Source: Candidatus Bathyarchaeota archaeon
GTDB taxonomy: Archaea; Thermoproteota; Bathyarchaeia; Bathyarchaeales; Bathycorpusculaceae
NCBI GenBank assembly: GCA_963775895.1
Contig: CAVZKL010000018.1
Span: forward strand, 67,768-131,767
Reading direction: 5' to 3'
Length of the DNA: 64,000 bases
In this document: positions 51,693 through 61,618 of the stretch, one piece after another
Numbering within the stretch: the first letter of the stretch is position 1
Layout of the letters: each line of letters opens with the position of its first letter
Notes under the pieces: generated by a model
Database searches by the model: none
Seen by the model: only the letters and a program-made list of their open reading frames with translations
Told to the model about the DNA's origin: nothing
Made by a program: the position numbers and the translations under genes

Positions 51693-52629
51693 CCTTTCCG
51701 ATCCTCGTAATCAAAGCACTTACCAATATCGGCAATATGACGGAAGCGTCCCCCTCAATCATAGTTTTCTTCGCCCTTTCACTGATCTTTCCCCACGAGA
51801 CCGCTTCTCGCGGTCGAGCACCTGAAAGACTGCCGTCCCATTCATCCGCAGTGCTTACGTACAGAGCATAGTCCAATCCGTCCTTAAACTGGTTCCACCA
51901 CAAGGTGTGATGCTTCGATATTCCCCCACCGACCAACAAGGCTCCCGTTTTCTTTGCATTGAAAACTATTTCACTGAGTTCCCCAGAATCCTTGAGCAGG
52001 TTGAGTCTGAAATCGTGGTCCTGTGAGAAAAGCCAAATCTGGTACCCGACAGCCCCATCAGTTATGCCTGGCACGTAAACGGGCACGTTGTTCTTTGCAG
52101 CCCAGTAGAGGATCGAGGTTTCATTGCACAAACGTTTTCCGATTTCACGACACAGTTGACTCGACGAAACCTCTCTGACTCCTTCTTTCCAAAGCTCTTG
52201 AAGCAGTGACTGCATCTTCTTTTCGATTATCAGCCCGTAACTTTCGTTCGGAACCAAGACATTTCCCAAACGGTTGATCTTTTGACTTCGAAGTTTCGCG
52301 TCGCTCATAAGAAATGAGCCCTTGTAGTAGTCTTTCCAACTCCTCGCCAGGTCATGATCAATTGTGCCGCAGGTCGTTACAACAACGTCAACGAGTCTTC
52401 TTTTCACAAGCTCCTTTAATGCGCCTCTCGTTCCCGTTGCGACGAGGTTCCCAGTGAAGGAAATGAACTTCAGGCATTTCTTGTCTTCAACCATTCTCTC
52501 GAAGATCTTCAAGCCCACAGCAAATTTTCCTGCTGTAAACCCCCAAGCTTTGTCCATTTGGGAAACAAGCTCGTCAACCGTCATTTTTTCAGAGAACTCG
52601 TAATCTTCCACTCTTTCTTTCAGGGTCAA
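51676..52629 (-). CDS. dys: Deoxyhypusine synthase
   Basis: FTGNLVATG, GGGISKHH, DGSLSGARPREAVSWGK. Confidence 0.9.
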   Translation of the reverse strand: MTLKERVEDYEFSEKMTVDELVSQMDKAWGFTAGKFAVGLKIFERMVEDKKCLKFISFTGNLVATGTRGALKELVKRRLVDVVVTTCGTIDHDLARSWKDYYKGSFLMSDAKLRSQKINRLGNVLVPNESYGLIIEKKMQSLLQELWKEGVREVSSSQLCREIGKRLCNETSILYWAAKNNVPVYVPGITDGAVGYQIWLFSQDHDFRLNLLKDSGELSEIVFNAKKTGALLVGGGISKHHTLWWNQFKDGLDYALYVSTADEWDGSLSGARPREAVSWGKISERAKKTMIEGDASVILPILVSALITRIGKARTRR

Positions 52630-53582
52630 CTCTTTCCCTCTACTGCTTCGTGATAGGTTTTGTATATGGCCGCTGCCGCTTCCTTAACCGCCTGTTGCTC
52701 AGGTTTAGAGAGCGATTCCCACAGGTCTGGACCAAGCGATTTTGCTATTCGCGCCGGGACCGTTACGTACACTGGCTCAGGCGTTGTCTCGAACTTCAAT
52801 GGTCTAGAATATGCCACCACTTTTCCCGTGTTGAGCATGATTCCCCTGATAATCTCGATGAACGAGCCTGCTGGGCCGTACCGTGTTCCACCTAGATAGG
52901 TTATTACTTGTCGACTCACTTCTTTCACGTAATTGTCGCATTTTTCCCTATCGAGGTTCTTTCCAGTTTTCTGAAGATACTCATCAAGCGGCAAACCGTC
53001 TATCTTCACGGTGCTCCACAAAAGCACCGCTGCTTCTCCGTGTTCGCCAGCTGCATACGCTTCAACGGAGCTAATCGGGACTTTTAACTCACGGCTGACT
53101 ATGGTTCTGAACCTTGAAGTCTCAAGATTAGTGCCCGTTCCAATCACGGGTCTCCTGCCCCTTGCCGTTTCGTTGGCTAGAGTTGTCATAGCATCAACCG
53201 GGTTGGTTACGACAAAATACCATGCTTCTGGGTTGTTGTCAACGGTGTCTCTGACTATTTGCCGTACAACCGACGCGTTCTTCGAAGCCAAGTCTCTTCT
53301 GCTCATATCAGGCGTTCTGGGAAAACCTGCAACGATGACTATTAACTCGGCATTTCTGACCGACTTGCTATCGTCGTAAGCTTCTATTTTCAAGTCTATG
53401 CCGTGACTTGCAATTGCATGATACAGTTCTTCTTTCATCATCTTTGCCACGTTCGGTGCAGTGTCCACAAGCGAAAGTTGAGTTACGTATCTCTCGAAAA
53501 CGAGGCTGAACGCCACTTGTCCGCCTGTGCGGCCAGTACCAATAACTGCCAGATGTGTCATACTGTTCCCTTCGCTACGCAA
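52626..53582 (-). CDS. Malate/lactate dehydrogenase family protein
   Basis: VIGTGRTG, AGFPRTPDMSRRDL, VTNPVD, GEHG. Confidence 0.9.
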   Translation of the reverse strand: MRSEGNSMTHLAVIGTGRTGGQVAFSLVFERYVTQLSLVDTAPNVAKMMKEELYHAIASHGIDLKIEAYDDSKSVRNAELIVIVAGFPRTPDMSRRDLASKNASVVRQIVRDTVDNNPEAWYFVVTNPVDAMTTLANETARGRRPVIGTGTNLETSRFRTIVSRELKVPISSVEAYAAGEHGEAAVLLWSTVKIDGLPLDEYLQKTGKNLDREKCDNYVKEVSRQVITYLGGTRYGPAGSFIEIIRGIMLNTGKVVAYSRPLKFETTPEPVYVTVPARIAKSLGPDLWESLSKPEQQAVKEAAAAIYKTYHEAVEGKS

Positions 53583-53644
53583 ATGGTCTCAAGCTTTTAT
53601 TAAAACAATCGCATTTCACGAAAAACCTGCAACGGAGTCGAAAG

Positions 53645-54526
53645 CTAATCAACAAGGAACTCGATGATTTTTCCGTAGACATCTTTGTTTCTTGAGTCCT
53701 CGTATCCTGAGTAGATGCTTGGATTATCGTTGACTTCGACCACGACATAGCTACCATCCGCCAGCTCTTTGATGTCAACTCCATAAAGTCCATTTCCGAT
53801 TATGTCGCAAGCTCTAAGTGCCAATTCTTTTAACGCTGCAGGCGCGTTCTCCCTTCTAAGCGAGAAAGTTCTGCCCCAAATGAACGTGGGCTTACCGCGG
53901 AGTTTGGCTCCATGCTTCCATCTGCCCTTCGGAATCATGTACTTGCATACATAGAGCACTTCGCGGTTGAGCACGCCGACTCTCCAGTCAAAAGCCGTCG
54001 GCATAAAAGTTTGAACCGCCAGAAGATCCGATTTTCTGCTAAATCTCTTGGCAACGTCCCGAAAACTCGTCTCGCACGCAACTTTTTCCACGTACCTCGA
54101 AAAACTCGTGTAGGGCGCTTTGACCACGACCGGTTTTCCTAGGCTTCTAAAGATCTCCATGAAACGTTTATGGTGCAGTTCATCCTTGCTGAGAAAAACA
54201 GTCGGAATGTGCGCAATTTTATGTTTCTCGAAGAGATCGTACAGGTGAATTTTGTTACCACAGATCTGGATTGATTCAGGGTCGTCGACCACTCTCAATC
54301 CCAACTCCGCTGCTGTTTTGGAAACGACGTACGCCGTGAAGAGGGGATCGGTAGTTGCTCTGATGAAAACTGCATCGTACTTTGGAATTTCGGATATACC
54401 ATTCCTGAACATGAAGTTGAAAGAGTGCCCTCTCTCTTCTGAAGCGCGCCTGAAATTATCAAGGGCCCGCGCCTCTCTCCCATCTGTAAAGTTATATTTT
54501 TCAACGAAACAGGCTATCTTGGCCAA
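53645..54526 (-). CDS. RimK-family ATP-grasp ligase
   Basis: DAVFIRATT, VVDDPESI, FDWRVGVL, YGVDIK, EVNDNPS; TTG start at 54526 inferred. Confidence 0.88.
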   Translation of the reverse strand: MAKIACFVEKYNFTDGREARALDNFRRASEERGHSFNFMFRNGISEIPKYDAVFIRATTDPLFTAYVVSKTAAELGLRVVDDPESIQICGNKIHLYDLFEKHKIAHIPTVFLSKDELHHKRFMEIFRSLGKPVVVKAPYTSFSRYVEKVACETSFRDVAKRFSRKSDLLAVQTFMPTAFDWRVGVLNREVLYVCKYMIPKGRWKHGAKLRGKPTFIWGRTFSLRRENAPAALKELALRACDIIGNGLYGVDIKELADGSYVVVEVNDNPSIYSGYEDSRNKDVYGKIIEFLVD

Positions 54527-55211
54527 ATAAGTTTTCACCCTTCTCCGATATCCGTAGAATCTCTGCCGAGACCATTTCCAAATCTGACGGAAAAATCTCT
54601 TCAGTTCTAAGAGGTTGAAGTCCACACAAGTAAGCCTTCTCTTGAACTGTCTGCACGTGTAGTTTGCACACCGGAATTCTGAAAATTTCATACACTTTCT
54701 CAGAAATCGCTGCAACCTCTCCTCCGTGCTCGCACTTGCCAAATATAGTTTTGAAAGAAAGCATCTTCCCTTTCAAGGGTTGAACACAGACCGCGAACTT
54801 GTAATTCATGCTCAGACTCTTGACAGCTCTGTACAACGCGCTTCTGTTTCCTGCTGTCTTGTAACCTTCGAAAGAGAACGGGTTAACCGCGAAGACTACT
54901 ACGGGGAAAGAAAACTCGGTTATCATCTGCTTAACAGAACTTGTCACCAAATATGGCAGTGTGGGAATGCGTGCTTTTGAAGCTTTAAGTAACAAAATAG
55001 GCGTTCTGCTGGCGTCGATTATGTTTTCAGTTGAAGGAATGACTCGGTTGCCTAAAACCTCCGCATGCATTGACACGTAGTACCCTGTTTTCAAATAGCG
55101 ATAATCAGTATCGAGATTGAGAGTGAAATCTTTAGTCGACGATTTTAGGAACGCGGAAGGTTTCATCTTTGTTAGATCTGTCGTTAGGTCGATGTTAGAG
55201 ACGACCAGCAC
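54501..55211 (-). CDS. RimK-like ATP-grasp N-terminal (RLAN) domain protein
   Basis: NLDTDYRYLKTGYYVSMHAEVLGNRVIPS. Confidence 0.75.
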   Translation of the reverse strand: MLVVSNIDLTTDLTKMKPSAFLKSSTKDFTLNLDTDYRYLKTGYYVSMHAEVLGNRVIPSTENIIDASRTPILLLKASKARIPTLPYLVTSSVKQMITEFSFPVVVFAVNPFSFEGYKTAGNRSALYRAVKSLSMNYKFAVCVQPLKGKMLSFKTIFGKCEHGGEVAAISEKVYEIFRIPVCKLHVQTVQEKAYLCGLQPLRTEEIFPSDLEMVSAEILRISEKGENLFGQDSLFR

Positions 55212-55316
55212 TCAAGTGACACCAGATAACTGAAACTTTCGGTATTGCAATCTGACATATTTAAAACTAACTATTGCGTTTATATCAAAACCGCGCACAA
55301 CAGCAGGTAGGAGAGG

Positions 55317-55721
55317 GATGAGCAGGAATGCGTTAAGTCAGACGTTGCCCTGAGCTGCTTCATGAGAGCTCTCCTCAGAGGTTTGATGCGACAGCAGGTT
55401 CCTCATCCGAAGCATGAAATCTTGGTCAGAGACTTCAAATCAGTTGTAAAAGACGGGCTTGATGCGAGGGTTGAAAACTCGCAGGGAAAGACTGCCCGTG
55501 AGGTGTGTCTGTCCCTACTACGCATTGCCTCTGATAATGCAACCGAAGAAGAGAAGAGGTTTCTTCCGGTTGTGCACAAGAGAATTGAGCAAGGTAACTC
55601 ATCAAATGTCCTGCGGGAGAAAATAATCCGGAAAAGTCAGAAGACGGACTTCAACGATGCAGTAATTCACATCTATCTAAAGCTTACAGAAAGTCTTATT
55701 GACAATCAGCCCTACTTCTAG
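55317..55721 (+). pseudogene. C-terminal remnant of a glutamate--cysteine-ligase-like (GCS2) protein
   Basis: DEQECVKSDVALSCFMRA with an in-frame TAG just upstream (55308-55310). Confidence 0.6.
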
Positions 55722-55749
55722 AAATTGCGACGGAGAAGGGGTGTTGACT

Positions 55750-56294
55750 ATGAAAAGGAACAATCAAAGACAACGGAATTTCTTTAGCGTGTGTCGCAAC
55801 TGCAAAACCAAGTGGAGCTGCTGTCACGAAACAACCCCGCCGATAACTGAAAAGCGCAGGGAAAAAATCGAATCCTATTGAAAGAAAAGAAGATCAGCAT
55901 TGAAAACGCGTTTGTGACCGAAGAATACGTTTATCCAAAGCTGGATTCAGAGGGTTACTGCGTCTTCCAAGACAGGAAAACGAGGAAATGTCTCATCCAT
56001 TCCGTGAAGCCCGAAACGTGTGTTGCCGGTCCTATAACCTTCGACATGAACACCCGAACAAACAAAATCGAGTGGTTTGTGAAAATGGAAAAGATTTGCG
56101 CGCTGGCGGGACACGTGTATCAGGATAAGGCTTTGCTGGGACGACATGTTCAAATTTCGAAGAATGAAATATCAAGACTCGTGAATGAACTGGATCGCAA
56201 TGAGTTGAAGGCAATCCTGAAGAAGGATGAACCAGAGACTGTAAAGATAGGCGAAGATGATATTGACCGGCGCATATTCCAGAAGATCAAGTAA
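55750..56294 (+). CDS. YkgJ-family cysteine-cluster protein; frameshift ~55870
   Basis: CRNC...SCC then CVF...CLIHSVKPETCVAGP. Confidence 0.8.
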
Positions 56295-56300
56295 TGCACG

Positions 56301-58176
56301 CTATTTGCGCAGTTCTGTCAGTGCCTTGTCAACGTCCGCCAACCCCAGCTTCTTGAGGGTCGCCGATTTCGGTATCCCGTTCTCGTCCCAGCCCGCTGCC
56401 TCATAATATTCCTGCACGCTCTTCTTGACCTTGGACCTGTCAGCAGCTTTCCCTTTGTAGGGGCCCGAAGGCAAAGGTTCGTAGAACCTTCTAGGGTTGT
56501 CGTCGTCAACTTTCGGGTTCCACGTCAAATCGGGTCCTCCCAGAAGCAGCAATGCTCTTTGTATTTGCAGGGTCTTTAATCCGCCGCCTTTTGCCCACTC
56601 TTCCCGCGTCAATTCCAGACCTGTAATGGCATTATAAAAGTCGAACTTCAGGTTCCTAGGCAAACCAAAACCGCCACTGAAATTGCACAAAACCGCTGAA
56701 TCGTTGAATATTTCCCACACCTCGCTATCAGGACCATCTAGGGGTAAGTCGGTCATCGAAGTGTGATCGCCGCATTGAACCGAACATGCGTAGGTAATGT
56801 CATTCGAAAAGTCCTTGCCGCTGCGAATGCCATGAGCACCGATCCCGATGCCTTTGTTCTGAACGGCATACTGCAGTACATCTCTGCGTTTCATTTTACC
56901 TATTTTCAAGGCTGCTCGATACGTGCCTTCTGCCAGCAAATCACCTATGCCTTGTCTCAGCGCAATTTTTTTTGCCAGACTCGCAAAGGCTTCAGTATCT
57001 CCCCATTTCAGTTCTATGCCGTCTAGATCTTCTTTGGACAGAATGCCTCTCTGATATAGTTCGGCGGCAAAACCCATGACATTTCCTGTTTGGATGCCGC
57101 ATAAACCTAAATCGTCAATTAGTGAAGCCATGAACACATTTTCTTCTGGAGTGAAGATTCCTAGGTTTGGGCCAAGATACGCCTGCATTTCATAATCCGG
57201 GTTGTCAGTTATCGCTCCTTTATACTTGCCAGATTTGACGAACGCGATCTTCATGCAGTTTGTGGGACAGCCGAAGTCGCTCCAAGACTGTTTTACCCAA
57301 ACTCTGTTCTCGAACTGATCAACGCCGTATCCTTTCTCTTCATGCCATTCTTCCTGCCAGTTCCTGATTGGTTCAGAACTAGTCTTTGCGGCGAAATTAT
57401 AGCCGCCACCACCTGTTCCCCATCGTCTCCACAACACGTTTTCATAGGCGCTCTTGTTTACGGCGTTTATCAATCGTCTCACTCTTGCAAGGTCGGAAAC
57501 TTCGGGCAACGGTCCAGTGCCTTTAACGGTGATGGCCTTGAGCTTCTTAGAGCCCATGACCGCTCCGTAACCACCGTAACCTGCCGCATGCGTCCATTTG
57601 GCCATAACCGCTGCGGTTCGAACTCTGTTCTCGCCTGCGGGACCGATGTACACTTTCGCGGGTTCCTTCCAAGCACCATAACGTGGATAGCGTTCATCTA
57701 ACAGTCGCCTACATTCTATGTTAAGCAGCTTGTTCGTTTCTTTGCCATCTTTGCTCCAGATCTTGCCTGCCTCTCGTATCTCAACGTCCGAGTCTTTGAT
57801 GAAGATGTAAACGGGCTTTTCAGGCTTCGCCCAAAATGATTATCCCGTCATAGCCAGCGCAGCGCAACTCAACTCCGAACTCTCCGCCTACAGTCGAACC
57901 CACAACGCCGTTACTCTGCGGGGACTTGCCTGAGACGCAGATTCTGCCGCCGGGGAAAAACCCCGTGAGTGGGCCAGGCAGAAACAATAGAATGTTTTCA
58001 GGGCCAAGCGGATCGAGTTGTTTCCATTTGTTGATCATTCTTTCGCAAAGGATCTTCGCAGCAAGTGCTCTGCCGCCCACGTAATCCTTCAACCATTTCT
58101 CGCCAAGAGTAATGTCTTTGGAAGTGTTGTCTGAGAGGTCAACCTCCAAGAACTTTCCCGCATATCCTAATATCAA
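56301..58176 (-). CDS. Tungsten aldehyde:ferredoxin oxidoreductase family; frameshift ~57825
   Basis: YVGGRALA, GKSPQS, GYDGIII, IGPAGEN, GAVMGSKKLKA, YYEAAGWDENGIP. Confidence 0.9.
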
Positions 58177-58697
58177 ATGAACTCTTCCCCCTTCTCTCCG
58201 TAAAGCTTGACCGCTAGATTCTTGGCCTGCTCCTCAGGCTTGCGCGCGTACAATCTGTAGGGGTGTTCTTGTCTCGTGACGGTTTTCAGAACGTTCCATT
58301 CACCTTCCTGGCAGACCTTCACGCACTGTGGATTTCCATTACAAAGATCACAGATGAGGATTCTCTTGTCGACTGGATGCATATGCGGAATCTTGCCAGG
58401 GCAAGCTTCTATGCACTTTCCGCAGCCAGTGCACTTCTCGTTGTTCACTAAAACAGCACTTGTCTTCTTGCTGACAGACAAGGCCTTGAAGGGGCATGCC
58501 TCAACACACGGATAGTCTTCGCATTGGGCACAGAGATGCGGGAAGTCTGTGCCAGGAACCAGCATGAAGACTCGGACTCTCGATGCTTCTGGCCATATTC
58601 TTTTCTCATGGTAGAGCGAACAGGTGATCTCGCACTTACGGCATCCGCTGCATTTCGAGAGTTCCCTCGCTATCCAGATAGGCTCATTCTTTGCCAA
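58173..58697 (-). CDS. 4Fe-4S electron-transfer subunit of the AOR
   Basis: Four Cys-cluster motifs; overlaps the AOR start. Confidence 0.9.
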   Translation of the reverse strand: MAKNEPIWIARELSKCSGCRKCEITCSLYHEKRIWPEASRVRVFMLVPGTDFPHLCAQCEDYPCVEACPFKALSVSKKTSAVLVNNEKCTGCGKCIEACPGKIPHMHPVDKRILICDLCNGNPQCVKVCQEGEWNVLKTVTRQEHPYRLYARKPEEQAKNLAVKLYGEKGEEFI

Positions 58698-58947
58698 AAC
58701 GACTTGCCTTCTACAAAAGCCTGAGGAATTGTCTTTGAGTCTGCCTCGATTTAAACGTGACGATTTCTAAAATCTCGAACTCGGTTAGCTGCGGGCGATG
58801 AGCGAGTCCAAAAATCGAGCAGGAATTGTGAGGTTTAGTGCAAACTGCATTAAGTATCAGTTCCTCTGAACTGTTTTAACCATCCCCATCTACGAATCTG
58901 AAGGCAAACCTAAAGAATTCTCGACGCAATCTGGTTTATGATGTCAA

Positions 58948-59147
58948 ATGTTCAAAATCACTGAGCGAACACGTCGAGTCGCTAGAAAAGTGATGGACAA
59001 CGCCTTGCCAATCAAACAAGACGAAGTGACTGTCTTCTATGCCGGAATAGAGAATCTGGATCTTGCTTATGCATTTGCTGCTGAATGTGAGTCTCGCGCG
59101 CGCTTGACAGAAGACTTGTTCTGAAAAACGGAGAATTCATCCTGTGA
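58948..59147 (+). pseudogene. M29-like aminopeptidase with large internal deletion
   Basis: N-terminus MFKITERTRRVARKVMDNALPIKQDE...AFAAECESR joined at CGCGCGCGC to C-terminus LDRRLVLKNGEFIL*. Confidence 0.65.
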
Positions 59148-59203
59148 ATTTTGCTCAAAGGTGTCAGACTTGGAGCAATTGATGAATTCTTGACTATGAA
59201 TAA

Positions 59204-59229
59204 TGGCGGGCCCGAGGGTATTTGTACCT
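59204..59229 (-). repeat. Degenerate tRNA 3' fragment (possible old att site)
   Basis: AGGTACAAATACCCTCGGGCCCGCCA resembles T-loop + acceptor + CCA. Confidence 0.45.
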
Positions 59230-59425
59230 AATTAGGTGCAAGTACCTTTATCACGCACGACCAATGAGAATCAGACCACGCGTCCGCCTCGTTCAAAAGT
59301 CAGAATTTGCATGCCCTTCGCGCGCGCTATCATTCAACCCAGCACTAATAGCACGGGCGTTTCCATGTAGACGATTACATTGAGCAACGTTACATCCGGC
59401 AGTGGTCCTACTGCGCGTTCTAGCA

Positions 59426-60469
59426 TCATTCATTTGGCTTCGTTAATGAGTCGTCTCTGATAAGGGTTCCAACTGTGCAGTGAGGTCCGCCTCCACCCTT
59501 TGCGAATTCACCCATCTCAACTTCAATAACGTCCACACCCTTCTTTCTCAGCTCTGCAGCTGTGTGATCACAGTGTTGGGGAATAATGACTTTGCCTGGC
59601 TCCAAAGCAAGGACATTAGGTGCACAAAGGTGTAATTCTTCGGTTGTACATTCTACCAACTCTATTTTCTTGCTTTCAAGATATCGAATCGTGTCATAGT
59701 CTATAAGTCCGGGATACGCAACGGCTAGGTTATAGTCAGCCATTCCGAATACCATGTCAAGATGGAAAGTACCAGCACCATCACCTACTTGCCACTTCCT
59801 GGCGCCAGCGAGACCTCCTACAGCAGTAGGTAAATGGGCGATGTGTACTTCCTCCACTCCAACTCTCTGTAGAACTGAAATCACCTGATTAATTCCCTCT
59901 ATATTTGCCTGACTGGATGTAGCAATAACACAACTCCTATTGTTAATCCATGCCAAGTCAGCGCTTTCGTAAATCCCCCTTCCGATCACTTGGAGAAGTA
60001 TAGGGATCCCAATTTCTGCAAATCTCTTTGCAAAGATACTTCCCTTTCCAAAGCTCAGGGGAGAAGCATATCGTTGAACAATATAACCGCCGTTGATCAG
60101 ACGAGCACTTTCACAGTAACAGAGGTCACGATACGGAAAACCATACGGCCCTATTAAACGCGACCCTGGGTTAAGCCAAAGAATCTCAATGTCTTGACCT
60201 TTAATCGTCTTGACAAGTTCGTCATGCTCCTCTTGCATCCTTTCCAGGTCAAGCGGGCCCTCAGGTAGCCCCAAGAGCTGAAGCATGACAGGGTCTTTCT
60301 TTGCCTCCTCCGGCATTGCCTCAGGGCCTGGCCTATGCATCATTACGGTTCTGATCTTTCCAAGGCCTTGTTCTCCCCATTTTCTTTCCCAAACACGTAT
60401 TTCGTCGAGAAAGTCCGGAAACACCTTTTCGGTTTGTCCCGCAAGTTCCTTACATGTGCTTTTGTACAT
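59426..60469 (-). CDS. Amidinotransferase/arginine deiminase/DDAH-family protein
   Basis: VMMHRPG, EEHDELV, FHLDMV, NVLALEPG, KGGGGPHC. Confidence 0.88.
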   Translation of the reverse strand: MYKSTCKELAGQTEKVFPDFLDEIRVWERKWGEQGLGKIRTVMMHRPGPEAMPEEAKKDPVMLQLLGLPEGPLDLERMQEEHDELVKTIKGQDIEILWLNPGSRLIGPYGFPYRDLCYCESARLINGGYIVQRYASPLSFGKGSIFAKRFAEIGIPILLQVIGRGIYESADLAWINNRSCVIATSSQANIEGINQVISVLQRVGVEEVHIAHLPTAVGGLAGARKWQVGDGAGTFHLDMVFGMADYNLAVAYPGLIDYDTIRYLESKKIELVECTTEELHLCAPNVLALEPGKVIIPQHCDHTAAELRKKGVDVIEVEMGEFAKGGGGPHCTVGTLIRDDSLTKPNE

Positions 60470-60635
60470 GTTCTCAGTCTCTGATCTGAAACGCTTTTCT
60501 TTATAAATTTAGCACGGGCACGAACGCAAGATAGTGGAAACCGTGGCGCGCGCGTGTCTTGACTGTCGCGCTTGGGGCTTGTGCTCAAATTCAACCCCTG
60601 CTGCTCAAAGTGCCGGCTTTCTGACAGGTGCTTTT

Positions 60636-61016
60636 TCATTCTCCAATCTCTATTACCAGACGATTCGTGGTTATATGGTGTTTCCTTCCATCATGCGAGA
60701 TAAACACAGCTGATGCTCGAACAATTGCGTCATCTGTTGAGACTGCGAAATACCTATAGATCTTCTTACATCTGACGCTCATCTTCTGTATCCCTGACGC
60801 GGTAGATTGTCCTTTTACGTCAAAAATCTCGAGTGAACCGCCTGCGGGCGTGCAAATGAGACACTCTGAGGTAACGAACAAACCAAGGATTCTTCCTTTT
60901 TGATGGAAAAATGCCTGTGCAGTCGCAAGACCACCGAGTGACAAGCAGGTTTTATCAACTTTGAGTGTCACAGTCACTTCACAAGCATCGATCTTCTTGC
61001 TGCTCGTAGTTTCCAT
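60636..61016 (-). CDS. Hypothetical protein
   Basis: 126-aa ORF with ATG; no motif recognised. Confidence 0.35.
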   Translation of the reverse strand: METTSSKKIDACEVTVTLKVDKTCLSLGGLATAQAFFHQKGRILGLFVTSECLICTPAGGSLEIFDVKGQSTASGIQKMSVRCKKIYRYFAVSTDDAIVRASAVFISHDGRKHHITTNRLVIEIGE

Positions 61017-61618
61017 GGGCGTGAATTACCAAGACGAGGTTCTTCATAGCTCTATTTGAATCTTATTCTGCTAAGTTCTGTCAAGTCTTGCATCCTACTG
61101 AATCAAATTTTCCACTTTCTCTCATCTGACATGTAATCCACAAGCTTGACTAGATATTCTGACTTCTAGTTTTTCTGGTCCTCAACGTATCTCTAATTGA
61201 CAATGTCAGAGGCTGCGCGTTTTGGATCAATGTAAGCTGCTCATTCTGTTCTTCTTTTTGTTCGCAGAAAATCACATAGGGTTCTCATAGGGATACTAGG
61301 TTCGTCTTGTAACTTGGGTAGCGCGCACCCTAATTTTGACAAGAAAAAGGTTTGACGACGACTTGCCAATTCTATCAGATACTAATACTTAAATAAGCCT
61401 ACTAACATCAAGCATAATGATGAGCGCGCGGAATGACCACGTGTCTTTTCCTCACTTCCTCTCATTTGTACCGCCGCCGCGCGCTCCAAGATCACCTAGA
61501 CGTCGTCCTTTATTGAGAAAAAGAAGATTCCCGTAGGAGTTTGCGCACCAAGTTTATTCCGTTTATTGTCTGGCACACTTATGTGCTTCTCTCGCGTCGT
61601 GATTTATTGTGGTAAAGC

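Noticed and set aside
54526-54742. N-terminal extension of the RimK ORF
   Set aside because: It overlaps the RLAN gene in another frame; TTG 54526 with an upstream GGTG is the more plausible start
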